A stretch of 55,416 nt of DNA from an uncultured virus (IMG/VR IMGVR_UViG_3300026762_000001) (IMGVR_UViG_3300026762_000001); one strand, 5' to 3'. Positions 10,371 to 20,734 are shown, numbered from the stretch's first letter. Numbers and translations are program-made. The notes: a model not told the origin generated them from the sequence alone.

Positions 10371-10761
10371 CCTCCTCTAGTAACGTCTTTATTGCTTTTT
10401 CTGCGTTGTCAAAGTCGTGGTTCTTCAGGGCGTTTATTACTTCATCACGCGTTTGTTGAAGTAACGTCTTTATTTTATCGTCAGTTGTTAACCTTATTAA
10501 GTCGTCAAACCCATTTTTAATAGCGTTGATAAGTTCTTCGTCAACAGTACGTCCTAAAGTGTAGTAGCCATGTTTTAACGTCTTTATTATGTTAGACGTT
10601 TGTAAAAAGAAACCGTAAAACGTTATGAAATACGTTACTTCTTTTGTCGCGTCCATAACGTTTTTAGGAACGTCTGGTGGAATTTCGTTGTTAGTCTGCA
10701 GAATCTCGTTGTTAGTTTTATGTTTAAAAAACGAAAAGAATTTAATAATTTTTTCCCTCAT
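10345..10761 (-). CDS. Hypothetical protein
   Basis: ORF with GGTGA RBS. Confidence 0.7.
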   Translation of the reverse strand: MREKIIKFFSFFKHKTNNEILQTNNEIPPDVPKNVMDATKEVTYFITFYGFFLQTSNIIKTLKHGYYTLGRTVDEELINAIKNGFDDLIRLTTDDKIKTLLQQTRDEVINALKNHDFDNAEKAIKTLLEEVDDDDDSS

Positions 10762-10777
10762 TTTTTCACCCCGAAAA

Positions 10778-11113
10778 TCATGCTTGTGTTAAATAGTCTA
10801 ATATCGTTTCACAAATTTCGTTGTCTACGTCTTTTTCGTCATTGAGAGACCACCATGCTCCCTGTAATTTACACGCTCCTCTACTGTAAACTAAACGTAT
10901 GTTAGGCCCTCCGAAATTTATACCGATGTCGAAGCCTATTGGTTCTTTACTTGGTAAATCGATGTAAAGTTGTACGTCAATAGCGTTATCTATGACGTCT
11001 TGTAAGTCGTCCTTAAGGTCTTGTGCTATACCATCCATATGTTTTTCTAGTTCTGTGCGTATGTCTGCCATACTTATCATCGTGTCTAACATTTTATCGT
11101 CACCCTCACTCAT
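10778..11113 (-). CDS. Hypothetical protein
   Basis: ORF in operon. Confidence 0.65.
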   Translation of the reverse strand: MSEGDDKMLDTMISMADIRTELEKHMDGIAQDLKDDLQDVIDNAIDVQLYIDLPSKEPIGFDIGINFGGPNIRLVYSRGACKLQGAWWSLNDEKDVDNEICETILDYLTQA

Positions 11114-11432
11114 TATCGTTCACCATCATTAACCGCATAGCGGGTGTTGTTACACCGCTAGGTGGTTGTGCGTATGGTATCCAGTAGTATATTCCGTCAT
11201 TATCAAAATCGACTATTGCGTTTTCCAATAACGTTCTTCCAGATTTCAGAAACGAATAACGTGGTAAAGACGCAGAGAAAATAATACGCCAACCGTCGTC
11301 TACGTATTCGAGTGGATAGAGATTTTTCTTTATCCTCGTTTTTGATTTATTTACGTTGTTTATTAATTTTAGAATTTTTATTTTTATTTTTTCTTCTTGA
11401 CTCATTTTTTCCACCTGGGGCTTTAGCCCCAT
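11106..11432 (-). CDS. Hypothetical protein
   Basis: First ORF after a promoter cassette; likely start 11405. Confidence 0.65.
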   Translation of the reverse strand: MGLKPQVEKMSQEEKIKIKILKLINNVNKSKTRIKKNLYPLEYVDDGWRIIFSASLPRYSFLKSGRTLLENAIVDFDNDGIYYWIPYAQPPSGVTTPAMRLMMVNDNE

Positions 11433-11470
11433 GATAGAAAAGGGGGAGGGGGGTTAAAAAAGCTTTCGCT
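11403..11470 (-). promoter_or_regulatory. Repeated promoter cassette CGAAAGCTTTTTAACCCCC...CTTTTTCTC...GGTGGAAAAATG
   Basis: Copies at ~8580-8635, 12940-12990, 17989-18055, 19077-19127, 21017-21067, 23529-23582, 25025-25077, 26814-26884, 28215-28267, 29853-29905 and 30449-30497; BRE+TATA-like box followed by an RBS. Confidence 0.8.
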
Positions 11471-12191
11471 CGAACGACGCAATGATCTGTTTACTCTTTA
11501 GGTCGTATTCTGTGCGGTACGGTTGTAATATGTGATTATAAGCATAGTTAATAGCCGCAACATCTTTAGCCAATGATGTGTCGTGATCTTCGTAATATCT
11601 ACGTATTATCTCTCTCGCCTTACTAAAATTATATCCGGCGAAAAGTTTCTGCGAGCTAAATCGTGATATGATCTCTTCTACCTCATTATCGTCTATGTGC
11701 TTATTTCTTACACCACCGTATATTAATGTTAGTAAGTTCGTATTGACCACAACATTGTCAATATTAGCTACCTCTACTACTATACGATTAATGTTTGAAA
11801 ATTTACCAACTACAGCGACGTATTTAAGTCCAGTAGCAGGTGCTACATGATAAAAGTCAGCTTCTAAACCTAATTTCGATAAATAAGCGTTCGGTAAGAG
11901 ATATCCATCGGTGAGAAAAGGATAAAAATAACTTGCTGGGTAATATCCAGTGAAATAGTCGTTTTCTACGTATACAAATACATCGTCGGGTGAAACTTTG
12001 TTAGATTTGAGAAGATCCTTATACGAGTCGAAGTCGTATATTGTCTTATCTTTCGTCATAAAATGATATACAGGTCGTCTCTCTTTGTCACTGAACGTTT
12101 GTGCTAAGTATTCGGCGATTTTATGTCTTTCGTCAATATTTCCAACAATTTCAATGTTTTCTAGACGTTTAAGTATTTTATCTATCTTCAT
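11454..12191 (-). CDS. Paralog family A member 1, unknown function
   Basis: Shares AYLSKLG, PATGLKY, EVANI, SQKLFAG and DTSLAKDV motifs with four other ORFs. Confidence 0.85.
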   Translation of the reverse strand: MKIDKILKRLENIEIVGNIDERHKIAEYLAQTFSDKERRPVYHFMTKDKTIYDFDSYKDLLKSNKVSPDDVFVYVENDYFTGYYPASYFYPFLTDGYLLPNAYLSKLGLEADFYHVAPATGLKYVAVVGKFSNINRIVVEVANIDNVVVNTNLLTLIYGGVRNKHIDDNEVEEIISRFSSQKLFAGYNFSKAREIIRRYYEDHDTSLAKDVAAINYAYNHILQPYRTEYDLKSKQIIASFERKLF

Positions 12192-12942
12192 TGTTTAGCC
12201 CCTCCACGAATATATACCATCCTGGTTCAATGTACGTTTCTTTGATAACTTTACCATCACGACGTTGTATATTAATTGTCGTATCAGGTAACATATGAAC
12301 GAATATCGTATTTATGACGGTATTACCCCTTTCCGACAAAATTGGTTTGTACACCGTAACGCTACCTTTAATGACTCCTAGCACGTGAGTACCGTAATAA
12401 TCCACCATTGATATTGGGACAGATTCTTGGATCTGTCTCGTTTCGTTCCATTCAAAACCGTTTGGATCAATGTCTGGTATTTTGTATATTTTAACACCGT
12501 CCATTTCATCGAATAGCGGAAATACCCTAATCCCACCTTTTACATATCTATCGTATACTGTAAAGCCATAGTTGTCGTATATGACAAGTTGAGGCGTTGG
12601 TAGTTCTTTGTTGTTTAATAAGAAGTCTTTAACGTATGATAAGAAGTCATCTTCGTTTCTCGACATCTTCTTTCTACTAGTCATTGTCAAGATTGGTGGT
12701 ATTGGTACGTAATACATACCGTATACCATTTTGAGGCCGTTATCTGTAATTTCAGCACAACCGTTAAACGTTAGTCCACTACGTGAAACGTAGTGCCAAC
12801 AGTCGACGTATTTAGTCGTAAGAGCTATTTTTACACGATCGGGATAAAGAACGAATACTTTTGGTATTGGTTGTCTTCTTTTTTGCGTCTTAACTGTCAT
12901 GTCAACATTTTTGAGGCGTTTAAGTAGCTCGTCAACCTTCAT
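12178..12942 (-). CDS. Hypothetical protein with MKVDELLKRL N-terminal tag
   Basis: ORF after a promoter cassette; body unrelated to family A. Confidence 0.75.
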   Translation of the reverse strand: MKVDELLKRLKNVDMTVKTQKRRQPIPKVFVLYPDRVKIALTTKYVDCWHYVSRSGLTFNGCAEITDNGLKMVYGMYYVPIPPILTMTSRKKMSRNEDDFLSYVKDFLLNNKELPTPQLVIYDNYGFTVYDRYVKGGIRVFPLFDEMDGVKIYKIPDIDPNGFEWNETRQIQESVPISMVDYYGTHVLGVIKGSVTVYKPILSERGNTVINTIFVHMLPDTTINIQRRDGKVIKETYIEPGWYIFVEGLNNEDR

Positions 12943-13020
12943 GTTCTCACCAAAGAGAGAAATAGATGAAGGGGGTTTAAAAAGCTTTCGGTGAGAGGAC
13001 GTAACTAAACTATAAATTGT

Positions 13021-13776
13021 TTAGTCTTTAGGTCGTACATCATACGGAATGGTTGAAATATGCGATTGTAAGCGTTTACATTCTACACGAAATGGTTTGA
13101 AGATACGATTATATGCGTCTCTTATAGCTTCAACTTCTTTAGCTAATGATGTGTCATGACTTTCGTAGTATCCACGAATTATATCTTCTGCATCGTAGGA
13201 GTCATATCCAGCGAAAAGTTTCTGTGAGTCTAGTTGTGATGCAATATCGCTTATATCATAATCGTCTATATATTTAGTACCTAAAATACCACGTATTAAC
13301 GTCGGTAACTTCATGTTAATTGTTGCAGTACCAATATCAGCTACCTCTACGGACATACGGCCAACGTTTAGAATACGAACAACAATAGCGATGTATCTAA
13401 GTCCAGGTGCGGGTATCACATATGAAGATCTGAAACCTAGTTTAGATAGATAAGCGTTTACCAAAGATTCTTTGCTTCCATACCTGAGAAAGGGATATAA
13501 ATACCTTATTGGGTCGTATCCAATGAAATAGTCGTTTTTTACGTATACATATGCGTCGTTAGATGAAATTTCGCCAGATTCGAGAAGCTTTCTGTATGAG
13601 ACAAATTCGTATATTTTCCTGTCTTTCGTTATGATAAAATATATATATGACGATTTATCAACACTAAATTTTCGTGTTATGTACTCAGCAATTTCGCGTT
13701 TTTCGTTGATTTCGTCTTCATCGATTTTAACGTTCTCTAGATGTTTAAGTATTTCGTCTATCTTCATTGCTACCAC
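13021..13776 (-). CDS. Paralog family A member 2
   Basis: Shared family motifs. Confidence 0.85.
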   Translation of the reverse strand: MVAMKIDEILKHLENVKIDEDEINEKREIAEYITRKFSVDKSSYIYFIITKDRKIYEFVSYRKLLESGEISSNDAYVYVKNDYFIGYDPIRYLYPFLRYGSKESLVNAYLSKLGFRSSYVIPAPGLRYIAIVVRILNVGRMSVEVADIGTATINMKLPTLIRGILGTKYIDDYDISDIASQLDSQKLFAGYDSYDAEDIIRGYYESHDTSLAKEVEAIRDAYNRIFKPFRVECKRLQSHISTIPYDVRPKD

Positions 13777-14515
13777 TTACTTGAAATTGTTTAGTGTTTA
13801 TGTCGTATTCTATACGGAATGGTTGAAATATACGATTGTAAGCGTCTCTTATGGCTTCAACTTCTTTAGCCAACGAAGTGTCATGATGATTATAATATTT
13901 ATAAATTATCTCTTTCGCTTCCATAAAGCCATGTCCACCAAAAAGTTTCTGTGAGTCTAGTTGTGACACGATCTCTTTTACCATGCTATCATCTATTTGT
14001 TTAGTACCTAAAACACCGCGTATTAACCTTGGTAAGTTTGTATTGGTTGCAGCAGTGTCAATGTTAGCTACCTCTACGACTGTACGATTAACATCTAGAA
14101 AATGATTAACTGCAGCGATGAATTTAAGCCCAGTAGCAGGTACTACATTATAAAAGTTGGCTTCGAAACCTAGTTTCGATAAATAAGCGTCTACCAAAGA
14201 TATTTCGCTTATCAAAGAGAATACGTGGCTGAGAAAAGGGTAAAAATAAGCTAATGAGTAGTCGTATCCAAAATAGTCGTTTAATATGAATACATATGCG
14301 TCGTTAGGTGAGAGTTTGTTAGATCCGAGAAGATCGCTATACTTATAGAAGTCGTATATTGTCTCCTTGTCTTTCATCATAATGTAAAATAAGTATCGTC
14401 TTTTTTTATGACTGAACGTCTGTGCTAAGTATTCGGCGATTTCATATTTTTCGTTGATTTTATCTTCATCAATTTTGATGTTTTCTAGATGTTTAAGTAG
14501 CTCATTTATTTTCAT
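13745..14515 (-). CDS. Paralog family A member 3
   Basis: Shared family motifs; start moved to MKINELLK at 14515. Confidence 0.85.
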   Translation of the reverse strand: MKINELLKHLENIKIDEDKINEKYEIAEYLAQTFSHKKRRYLFYIMMKDKETIYDFYKYSDLLGSNKLSPNDAYVFILNDYFGYDYSLAYFYPFLSHVFSLISEISLVDAYLSKLGFEANFYNVVPATGLKFIAAVNHFLDVNRTVVEVANIDTAATNTNLPRLIRGVLGTKQIDDSMVKEIVSQLDSQKLFGGHGFMEAKEIIYKYYNHHDTSLAKEVEAIRDAYNRIFQPFRIEYDINTKQFQVSGSNEDRRNT

Positions 14516-15149
14516 TGTTCCCACCCACAATATCGAGTATAAACTTAAGTATGTAATCGTTATATTCTGCGGCGGCAATTAGTTCTGTTATTGTCCCTAT
14601 CATAATGTCATCTTCCGTGTATTCTTTTAGTATAGTTATTGTACCGTCGTTAAACGTAGCAAAAAACGGTACGGTACCGAGAGTTAAAAACAACTCCTCA
14701 ATGCTATTTACACGGAAATATTGTTTGATCTTTTTACTCAAAACGTTGAGGTTTAAGTCTTCAAAAAGTCTTAGAACGTTATGTTTAGGGACAATATTAC
14801 GTTCAACCAGAATCGTAACTAATGGGGCTAAGTTATACGCATATACCTCGTCATCAAGCTGCTTGTATTTCTTAGCTAAATGTATCATTTCGTGAGCAAA
14901 TACGTTTAAGTCTGGTGGTTCGTATCTAAACCATGCATATTGTTCTTTGATATCGCGTGAAGGTAAGGAGAACGCCATAACCGTGTCACGCGGTTTTATG
15001 CGTAATGATTTCACATCGTAATCATCAAGAACGTAAATTTTATCTAACGGGGGCATCCTGTTTTCTACGTTAATGATGTCGTAAACTTTAACGTATTCGT
15101 CCTTAAACCAATTAACTTCAGTAAGCTTCCTCATTTTCCCAGTCCTCAT
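14502..15149 (-). CDS. Putative zinc metallopeptidase-like protein
   Basis: FAHEMIHLA (HEXXH) with downstream DEVYAY. Confidence 0.6.
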   Translation of the reverse strand: MRTGKMRKLTEVNWFKDEYVKVYDIINVENRMPPLDKIYVLDDYDVKSLRIKPRDTVMAFSLPSRDIKEQYAWFRYEPPDLNVFAHEMIHLAKKYKQLDDEVYAYNLAPLVTILVERNIVPKHNVLRLFEDLNLNVLSKKIKQYFRVNSIEELFLTLGTVPFFATFNDGTITILKEYTEDDIMIGTITELIAAAEYNDYILKFILDIVGGNNENK

Positions 15150-15561
15150 ATATTTTGACGTATTGTTTTAATACAACGAATTTCTGGAATTCGAAAACCT
15201 TACATTCCTTACCGTTACCGTAAGTGATCATGACGTATTTGTTTGTATCGTTTTTATAAACGTTCATACACTCCTGCACGTCTTTTGAATGCATAAGTTC
15301 CTTCATTAACGGTTCTACGATAAATACTCTGTCCTTATACTTGTCAATAAGTTCTAGTAATCTCATCTTAAACGACTCTGGTAATATCGCAATTATATAG
15401 ACTTTATCGTATTTTTTAAGAAGTGGTTCAATGTAGTTCTCTATCAAGTATTCAGCCGTTGGTACAAACTGTTTTACAAACGAATGTGGGTACTTGACTA
15501 TTATCTCACGTTCTGCTGGTATTGGGTCGTGTCTCGAAACCCATAATATAAATGACTTCAT
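15118..15561 (-). CDS. Hypothetical protein
   Basis: ORF coupled to the VWA gene. Confidence 0.7.
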   Translation of the reverse strand: MKSFILWVSRHDPIPAEREIIVKYPHSFVKQFVPTAEYLIENYIEPLLKKYDKVYIIAILPESFKMRLLELIDKYKDRVFIVEPLMKELMHSKDVQECMNVYKNDTNKYVMITYGNGKECKVFEFQKFVVLKQYVKIYEDWENEEAY

Positions 15562-16877
15562 TGACTTGACACCTCTTTCAGTATTTTAAGTGCTATCTTA
15601 TCATCTAAATCTTCTGTAGTTAAAACGACACCGTCTACTTTTTTAGTCAGTTCAGTTAAGTTATGGAATGATTCGTTTCCTATTAGTACTGATATTAGCT
15701 TATGTTTACCGTTTTTAATCGCGTTAACCAAAGGTTCTGTATTAAATTCGTCCTCACCGTCAGTTATGACTATTATTATGAACTCTTTCTTATTACGTAG
15801 GTCTTCAAGTGCTTTATTTAACGCACACGATATACACGTCCCGCCATCTGCGTCAACCGAACCGATTTTCGCTAAGTTTTCTAGAGTCAACTTGTCTATC
15901 ATGTCGTAGACATAGTTGTCAAAGAATCTAAACATGAACTTCAGTCTGCGTTGTTTAGCTAAAAGTCCTAAAGCGAACGCTATAGCTCTAGCGTTTACGA
16001 TTTTCTCGCCTCCCATACTACCAGATTTGTCAAGTAAAACGTAATATCCGTCGATGTTACTTTTCTTCGAAAACGTAATAAACGACCCATTTAACATCTT
16101 TATTTCCGTTATTTCGTCATCAACAAAGTTCTTAGGTATTTTAACCGCGTCTAGTATTGATGACGTAATTCTATATGAATTATAAGTACCGTGAGGTGAA
16201 TCGTTGAGTTTGTTAAACAATTCAGTACCTTTCTTCACGATATTAAGTAATACGTTCAAATCTACGTTAAGGTTAGTAATGGTATCGACGAAACGTAATA
16301 TGCCAGGCTCTCTACCGTAAGTATTACTACCCTCCTTATTTTCTTCTCCGTCATTCACATTAATCTTGTCTTTCCCGCCGTTCATTTCCTTAGATATCAT
16401 CTGACGCATCATGGGGTTTTTCAACACGTTATTAACGACTTTACACTTTGAAGCAGCTTGTGATATCTCCTTCTCAATCACGTAAGACATTTGTCTTAGT
16501 TTCTCTTTATTATTCGTCTGTTCAAGTTCGTCTAACAACTTAGTTATGTGGTTGTAAATTATTATGGTGTCGACAGAACTCGTAAGTAAATCGTCAACAG
16601 TTGAAGAACGTAGATCTTCTATCTCCATATAGTTGTTTACCAATGCCGTTCTTACGGCCTCTAACTTTTCGTCGTCGTTTTTGAACCTTAAGAAATAACG
16701 TGGTAGGTATAGTGATGCGAATATATCGCCGCTTACGATTTTATGCCTATCCGTCGGTTTTTTAATTAGAGCGTCTGTCATGATAACGAATTCTTTGAAC
16801 AATTCGTCGTTTTTATGTGGGTTCTTTACGTTAAAATTAAGTAAGTTACTGTATAGTTCCAATTTCTTACCATTCAT
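15558..16877 (-). CDS. VWA-domain protein (ViaA/CoxE-like)
   Basis: MIDAS motifs LLDKSGSM, GGT and ITDGED. Confidence 0.85.
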   Translation of the reverse strand: MNGKKLELYSNLLNFNVKNPHKNDELFKEFVIMTDALIKKPTDRHKIVSGDIFASLYLPRYFLRFKNDDEKLEAVRTALVNNYMEIEDLRSSTVDDLLTSSVDTIIIYNHITKLLDELEQTNNKEKLRQMSYVIEKEISQAASKCKVVNNVLKNPMMRQMISKEMNGGKDKINVNDGEENKEGSNTYGREPGILRFVDTITNLNVDLNVLLNIVKKGTELFNKLNDSPHGTYNSYRITSSILDAVKIPKNFVDDEITEIKMLNGSFITFSKKSNIDGYYVLLDKSGSMGGEKIVNARAIAFALGLLAKQRRLKFMFRFFDNYVYDMIDKLTLENLAKIGSVDADGGTCISCALNKALEDLRNKKEFIIIVITDGEDEFNTEPLVNAIKNGKHKLISVLIGNESFHNLTELTKKVDGVVLTTEDLDDKIALKILKEVSSQ

Positions 16878-16881
16878 TTTG

Positions 16882-17991
16882 TTACACCTTTAATAATTCG
16901 TTTACTATTTCGTCTGGTATATCGATACTATCACATAAGTTTTTCACGTCATTACTCTTAGGCGAATACTTTTCACATAGTTCTTGTGCCTTTATTAGTT
17001 CTCGTTTTAGATTTGTTAACACAATGTATTTGTCTGTTGTACCTTCTTTGGCATTAGTTATCAATACGTTAATAACGTTAATGTGAGAGCGTATTTTATT
17101 AATTACGGAAGCTATCTCGTTTAGTCCATGTTTTAACGCGATAGTTTCGATTTCTTTTATCGAATCAGTATACTTCATCGGGTCGTTAAGCGTGAATTTC
17201 ATCGCAGTTACTAGATCGTCTGGTTCTATGTTGTCCTTTCCTTCAAGTAATGCGTTCGCTGCAGCTACGTATACAGTCTTCTTTACACGTCTGTCCGAGA
17301 TTAAGTAGTTTAGTCCTCTCAGTTCTATTATCGTATCTAAGAATTTGTCAAGTAAAGCGTCGTTAATGTTCATAGCGATTTTCCTAACTTCGTTTTGTAA
17401 GTTTACAATATCGTCATATGTCAGTATGGGTTCTGGCGTCTTTGAATCACTCTTTACTATCTTCTTCAAATCGGATTTGTGAACGTAATTTGCCTCTACT
17501 ACACGTATAGTTAATCTGTCGTTAAATGCTATTAATTCGTCGTCATTATCAAACTCGTTAGATGCGAAATACGTAGTTAATAAGTTGAGTTTAATCCCGA
17601 AAACTCTCCTGTTTAAGATTATATCTAAAAGCATATTTAGTATGTCGGGTGAAGATTTGTATGGTTCGTCAAACATAACGATGTTTGCGTCAACAACACC
17701 ACCGTGATATACTAAACGCCCTTTTTTGTATTCATTTATGTCAAGTATTCCTAATACGTGGTCTGGTTCCGTATATTTATTGAGTAAGATGTAATAGTAA
17801 TTAACGTTTAACATCTTAGCTAACGTGTCTATAGTATACGTCTTTGCGATTCCTACTCGTCCTAAAATAAACGTAGGTTCTGACGACAGAAGACCGAGTA
17901 ATACTGCACGTTTCATATCGTTATGACCGAAAATGTAATTATCTAACGTTGTCTTGACTAGGGAAATATTTTTGGATTTATTTTCTGCCAT
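16882..17991 (-). CDS. RavA/MoxR-type AAA+ ATPase
   Basis: Walker A GRVGIAKT, Walker B VMFDE, ASNE, AFNDRL, ISDRR; start moved to MAENK after the promoter cassette. Confidence 0.88.
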   Translation of the reverse strand: MAENKSKNISLVKTTLDNYIFGHNDMKRAVLLGLLSSEPTFILGRVGIAKTYTIDTLAKMLNVNYYYILLNKYTEPDHVLGILDINEYKKGRLVYHGGVVDANIVMFDEPYKSSPDILNMLLDIILNRRVFGIKLNLLTTYFASNEFDNDDELIAFNDRLTIRVVEANYVHKSDLKKIVKSDSKTPEPILTYDDIVNLQNEVRKIAMNINDALLDKFLDTIIELRGLNYLISDRRVKKTVYVAAANALLEGKDNIEPDDLVTAMKFTLNDPMKYTDSIKEIETIALKHGLNEIASVINKIRSHINVINVLITNAKEGTTDKYIVLTNLKRELIKAQELCEKYSPKSNDVKNLCDSIDIPDEIVNELLKV

Positions 17992-18040
17992 TTTTTTCCA
18001 CCTGGGGGTGAAACCCCATGAGAAAAAGGGTGAAAGGGGG

Positions 18041-18781
18041 TTAAAAAAGCTTTCGCTCGAACGACGCAATGATCTGTTTACTCTTTAGGTCGTATTCTGT
18101 GCGGTACGGTCGAAATATCTGATTATAAGCATGGATAATAGCAGCAACGTCTTTAGCTAATGATGTATCACGATTTTCGTAATATTTATAAAGTATAACC
18201 AATGCCTTGTAGTACTCATGTCCAGCAAAAAGTTTTTGCGAAACCAATTGGGAGGCAATAATTTCTGCCACGTCGTCATCTATTTGTTTAGTACTTATAT
18301 CGCGTACCATTCTTGGTAAGTTAGTGTTAATTGCTACATCGTCAATGTTGGCTACCTCTACGACTGCACGTTTAGCATTTAGAAAACGAACAACCATAGA
18401 GACATATCTAAGTTCAGTAGCAGGTGCTATACGATAAAATTTGCTTTCTAAACCTAGTTTCGATAAATAAGCGTGTGGTAGGAAATATCTATCAATGAGA
18501 AAAGGATAAAAATACCTTATTGGGTCGTATCCAGTGAAATAGTCGTTTTTTACGTATACATATGCGTCGTTAGGTGAAATTTCATTAGATTTGAGAAGCT
18601 CTTTGTATGAGCTGGTGTTGTATATTTTCCTGTCTTTCGTTATGATATAATGATAATAGCGTATTGAATTATCAACGCCTAATTTTTGTGCTATGTATTC
18701 GGCAATTTCACGTCTTTCGTCTTCATCGGTTTTGATGTTTTCTAAGCGTTTAAGTAGTTCATCTATCTTCATTGCTAGCAC
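18041..18781 (-). CDS. Paralog family A member 4
   Basis: Shared motifs; last ~70 bp identical to member 1. Confidence 0.85.
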   Translation of the reverse strand: MLAMKIDELLKRLENIKTDEDERREIAEYIAQKLGVDNSIRYYHYIITKDRKIYNTSSYKELLKSNEISPNDAYVYVKNDYFTGYDPIRYFYPFLIDRYFLPHAYLSKLGLESKFYRIAPATELRYVSMVVRFLNAKRAVVEVANIDDVAINTNLPRMVRDISTKQIDDDVAEIIASQLVSQKLFAGHEYYKALVILYKYYENRDTSLAKDVAAIIHAYNQIFRPYRTEYDLKSKQIIASFERKLF

Positions 18782-18791
18782 CTAATGAACT

Positions 18792-19079
18792 TCACAAGTT
18801 ATCCGACTTTGCTAGCATTATCAGAAGTGCTAGACTGGACTTCATTGACGTGAAGAAACACAGCTTGCCATGACGAAATATTGCACGACATTCATCCTCA
18901 TCTGCTTCGCCACCAGGACTATGACCACGTATGATTTTATTTTCCTCTACCCATTTAAGGAACTCGTCTTCCTGGTCTTTAGGTACACAAATATCATATA
19001 CAACGTATTTATCGTCTAAATCTATGTTATATTCTATACCATAGATAACATATTTTTTCTTTTCTTTATTTTCACTCAT
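18792..19079 (-). CDS. Hypothetical protein
   Basis: ORF after a promoter cassette. Confidence 0.7.
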   Translation of the reverse strand: MSENKEKKKYVIYGIEYNIDLDDKYVVYDICVPKDQEDEFLKWVEENKIIRGHSPGGEADEDECRAIFRHGKLCFFTSMKSSLALLIMLAKSDNL

Positions 19080-19113
19080 GTTCTCACCAAAGAGAGAGAA
19101 AGGGAATGAGGGT

Positions 19114-19914
19114 TTAAAAAGCTTTCGTTGGGAGGACGTGACTAAGTGGTATGAATCGCTTAGTGTTTATGTCGTATACTACTCGATATGGTTGAAATAT
19201 GCGATTGTAAGCGTCTCTGATAGCTGCTACGTCTTTAACCAGTGATATGTCTTCAGCATTATAATACTTTTTAACTATGTCTTCCGCTTCACCAAAGTTG
19301 TATCCTGCAAAAAGTTTTTGTGATTTTAATCGTTTTACAATCTGCTCTAGTTGATAGTCAGGTATGTAATTGAGTCCTTTTGCGTATCGCTCCGCTAAAA
19401 TGCTATGTGATAACATTGGCAAGCTTAAGTTGACAATAACAGTGTTAATGTTAGCGACCTCTATAACAAGATGGTTGACGTCTAAAAAATGATAAACCCG
19501 TGCAATGTATTTTAGTCCAGTAGCTGGTACTATGCCAAATATATAGCGTTCGAAACCTAGTTTCGATAAATAACCAGCTACAAAAAATTGTGGATAACGA
19601 AGGAAGGGATAATAATAAACTGTCTTATAAATACTCACATCCACGTCATAAATACTCACACAACAATTATTTTTAGTGTAAATGAACTTTGAAAGGTATA
19701 CGTAAGCGTCGTTTGGTGAAATTTTGTTAGATCTGATAACTCTATCGTACGAGTCAATATCATATATTTTCTTATTTCTCAGTATGAAATTATCCATGCC
19801 CATCCCGATCTCGTTGAATTCTTGTGTTAAGTACTCTGCGATTTCGCGTTTTTCATCAATATTTTCGTCGATTTCAAAGTTTTCTAACCGTTTAAGTAAC
19901 TCATCGACTTTCAT
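19114..19914 (-). CDS. Paralog family A member 5
   Basis: Shared family motifs. Confidence 0.85.
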   Translation of the reverse strand: MKVDELLKRLENFEIDENIDEKREIAEYLTQEFNEIGMGMDNFILRNKKIYDIDSYDRVIRSNKISPNDAYVYLSKFIYTKNNCCVSIYDVDVSIYKTVYYYPFLRYPQFFVAGYLSKLGFERYIFGIVPATGLKYIARVYHFLDVNHLVIEVANINTVIVNLSLPMLSHSILAERYAKGLNYIPDYQLEQIVKRLKSQKLFAGYNFGEAEDIVKKYYNAEDISLVKDVAAIRDAYNRIFQPYRVVYDINTKRFIPLSHVLPTKAF

Positions 19915-20734
19915 TGTCTCTCACCTCATTAAATAGGTCAGTGAAGAGGTCACGAGTGTGTTCAAGAAAGGGTGCATCGACGTATACATTGCGGACTGCA
20001 AAACCTTTAACCGTTGTAAGAACATATTGTTTATCAATAAGTCCATAATTACGTAGCTTGTATAACGTTTTGAATATATTATGTCTCACCGCAGCAGATG
20101 CACATGTAGAAGACGAATAAAGTTTTTCACACACTTCATTATACGTTACAAAACTTTCAACATTCATTATTTTGTTTGCTAAATCAGCGATCCTAATTAC
20201 CTCGTTATCATATTTCAGGGTTACGATTTTAACGTATATATCTTTTAAGGGCTTCATTTTAACGTCTGCATTGTCTGGTCGTGAGTACTTTTCATATATT
20301 TCCTTTGCTCTTTCCGTAACATCGTACTCAAAAGTTATACTCCTTTCTCTAACCATTTTGTAGCCTTTTGTAACTATTCCGAACTCACTAACGACGTCTA
20401 TGGGTTCTGCTTCTTCTTTATTAAACGTTACGTTTGACAATATAGTTTCTAGTTTCTTGTGCGAAAAATCACGTAGATACGGTAATATCACAAAACTGAC
20501 TTTCGACTTGGTGGCAAGAATTAGTGGAATGCCTACGTATATCTTAAAATCATCGAGGTCAATTAACATTCTTGATGGATTTTTGTCTCGATAAACGTAG
20601 AATTCATCTCCATATTTTATTAGGATTGACGTGTTTCTAAAGAATTTATACGTATTATAAATAGTCAATAGGGTAGAGTATTTCTTAGGTATTTCAACGT
20701 TCTCTAGGCGTTTAAGTAACTCATCGACTTTCAT
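19901..20734 (-). CDS. Hypothetical protein with MKVDELLKRLEN tag
   Basis: 277-aa ORF; body unrelated to family A. Confidence 0.75.
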   Translation of the reverse strand: MKVDELLKRLENVEIPKKYSTLLTIYNTYKFFRNTSILIKYGDEFYVYRDKNPSRMLIDLDDFKIYVGIPLILATKSKVSFVILPYLRDFSHKKLETILSNVTFNKEEAEPIDVVSEFGIVTKGYKMVRERSITFEYDVTERAKEIYEKYSRPDNADVKMKPLKDIYVKIVTLKYDNEVIRIADLANKIMNVESFVTYNEVCEKLYSSSTCASAAVRHNIFKTLYKLRNYGLIDKQYVLTTVKGFAVRNVYVDAPFLEHTRDLFTDLFNEVRDNESR

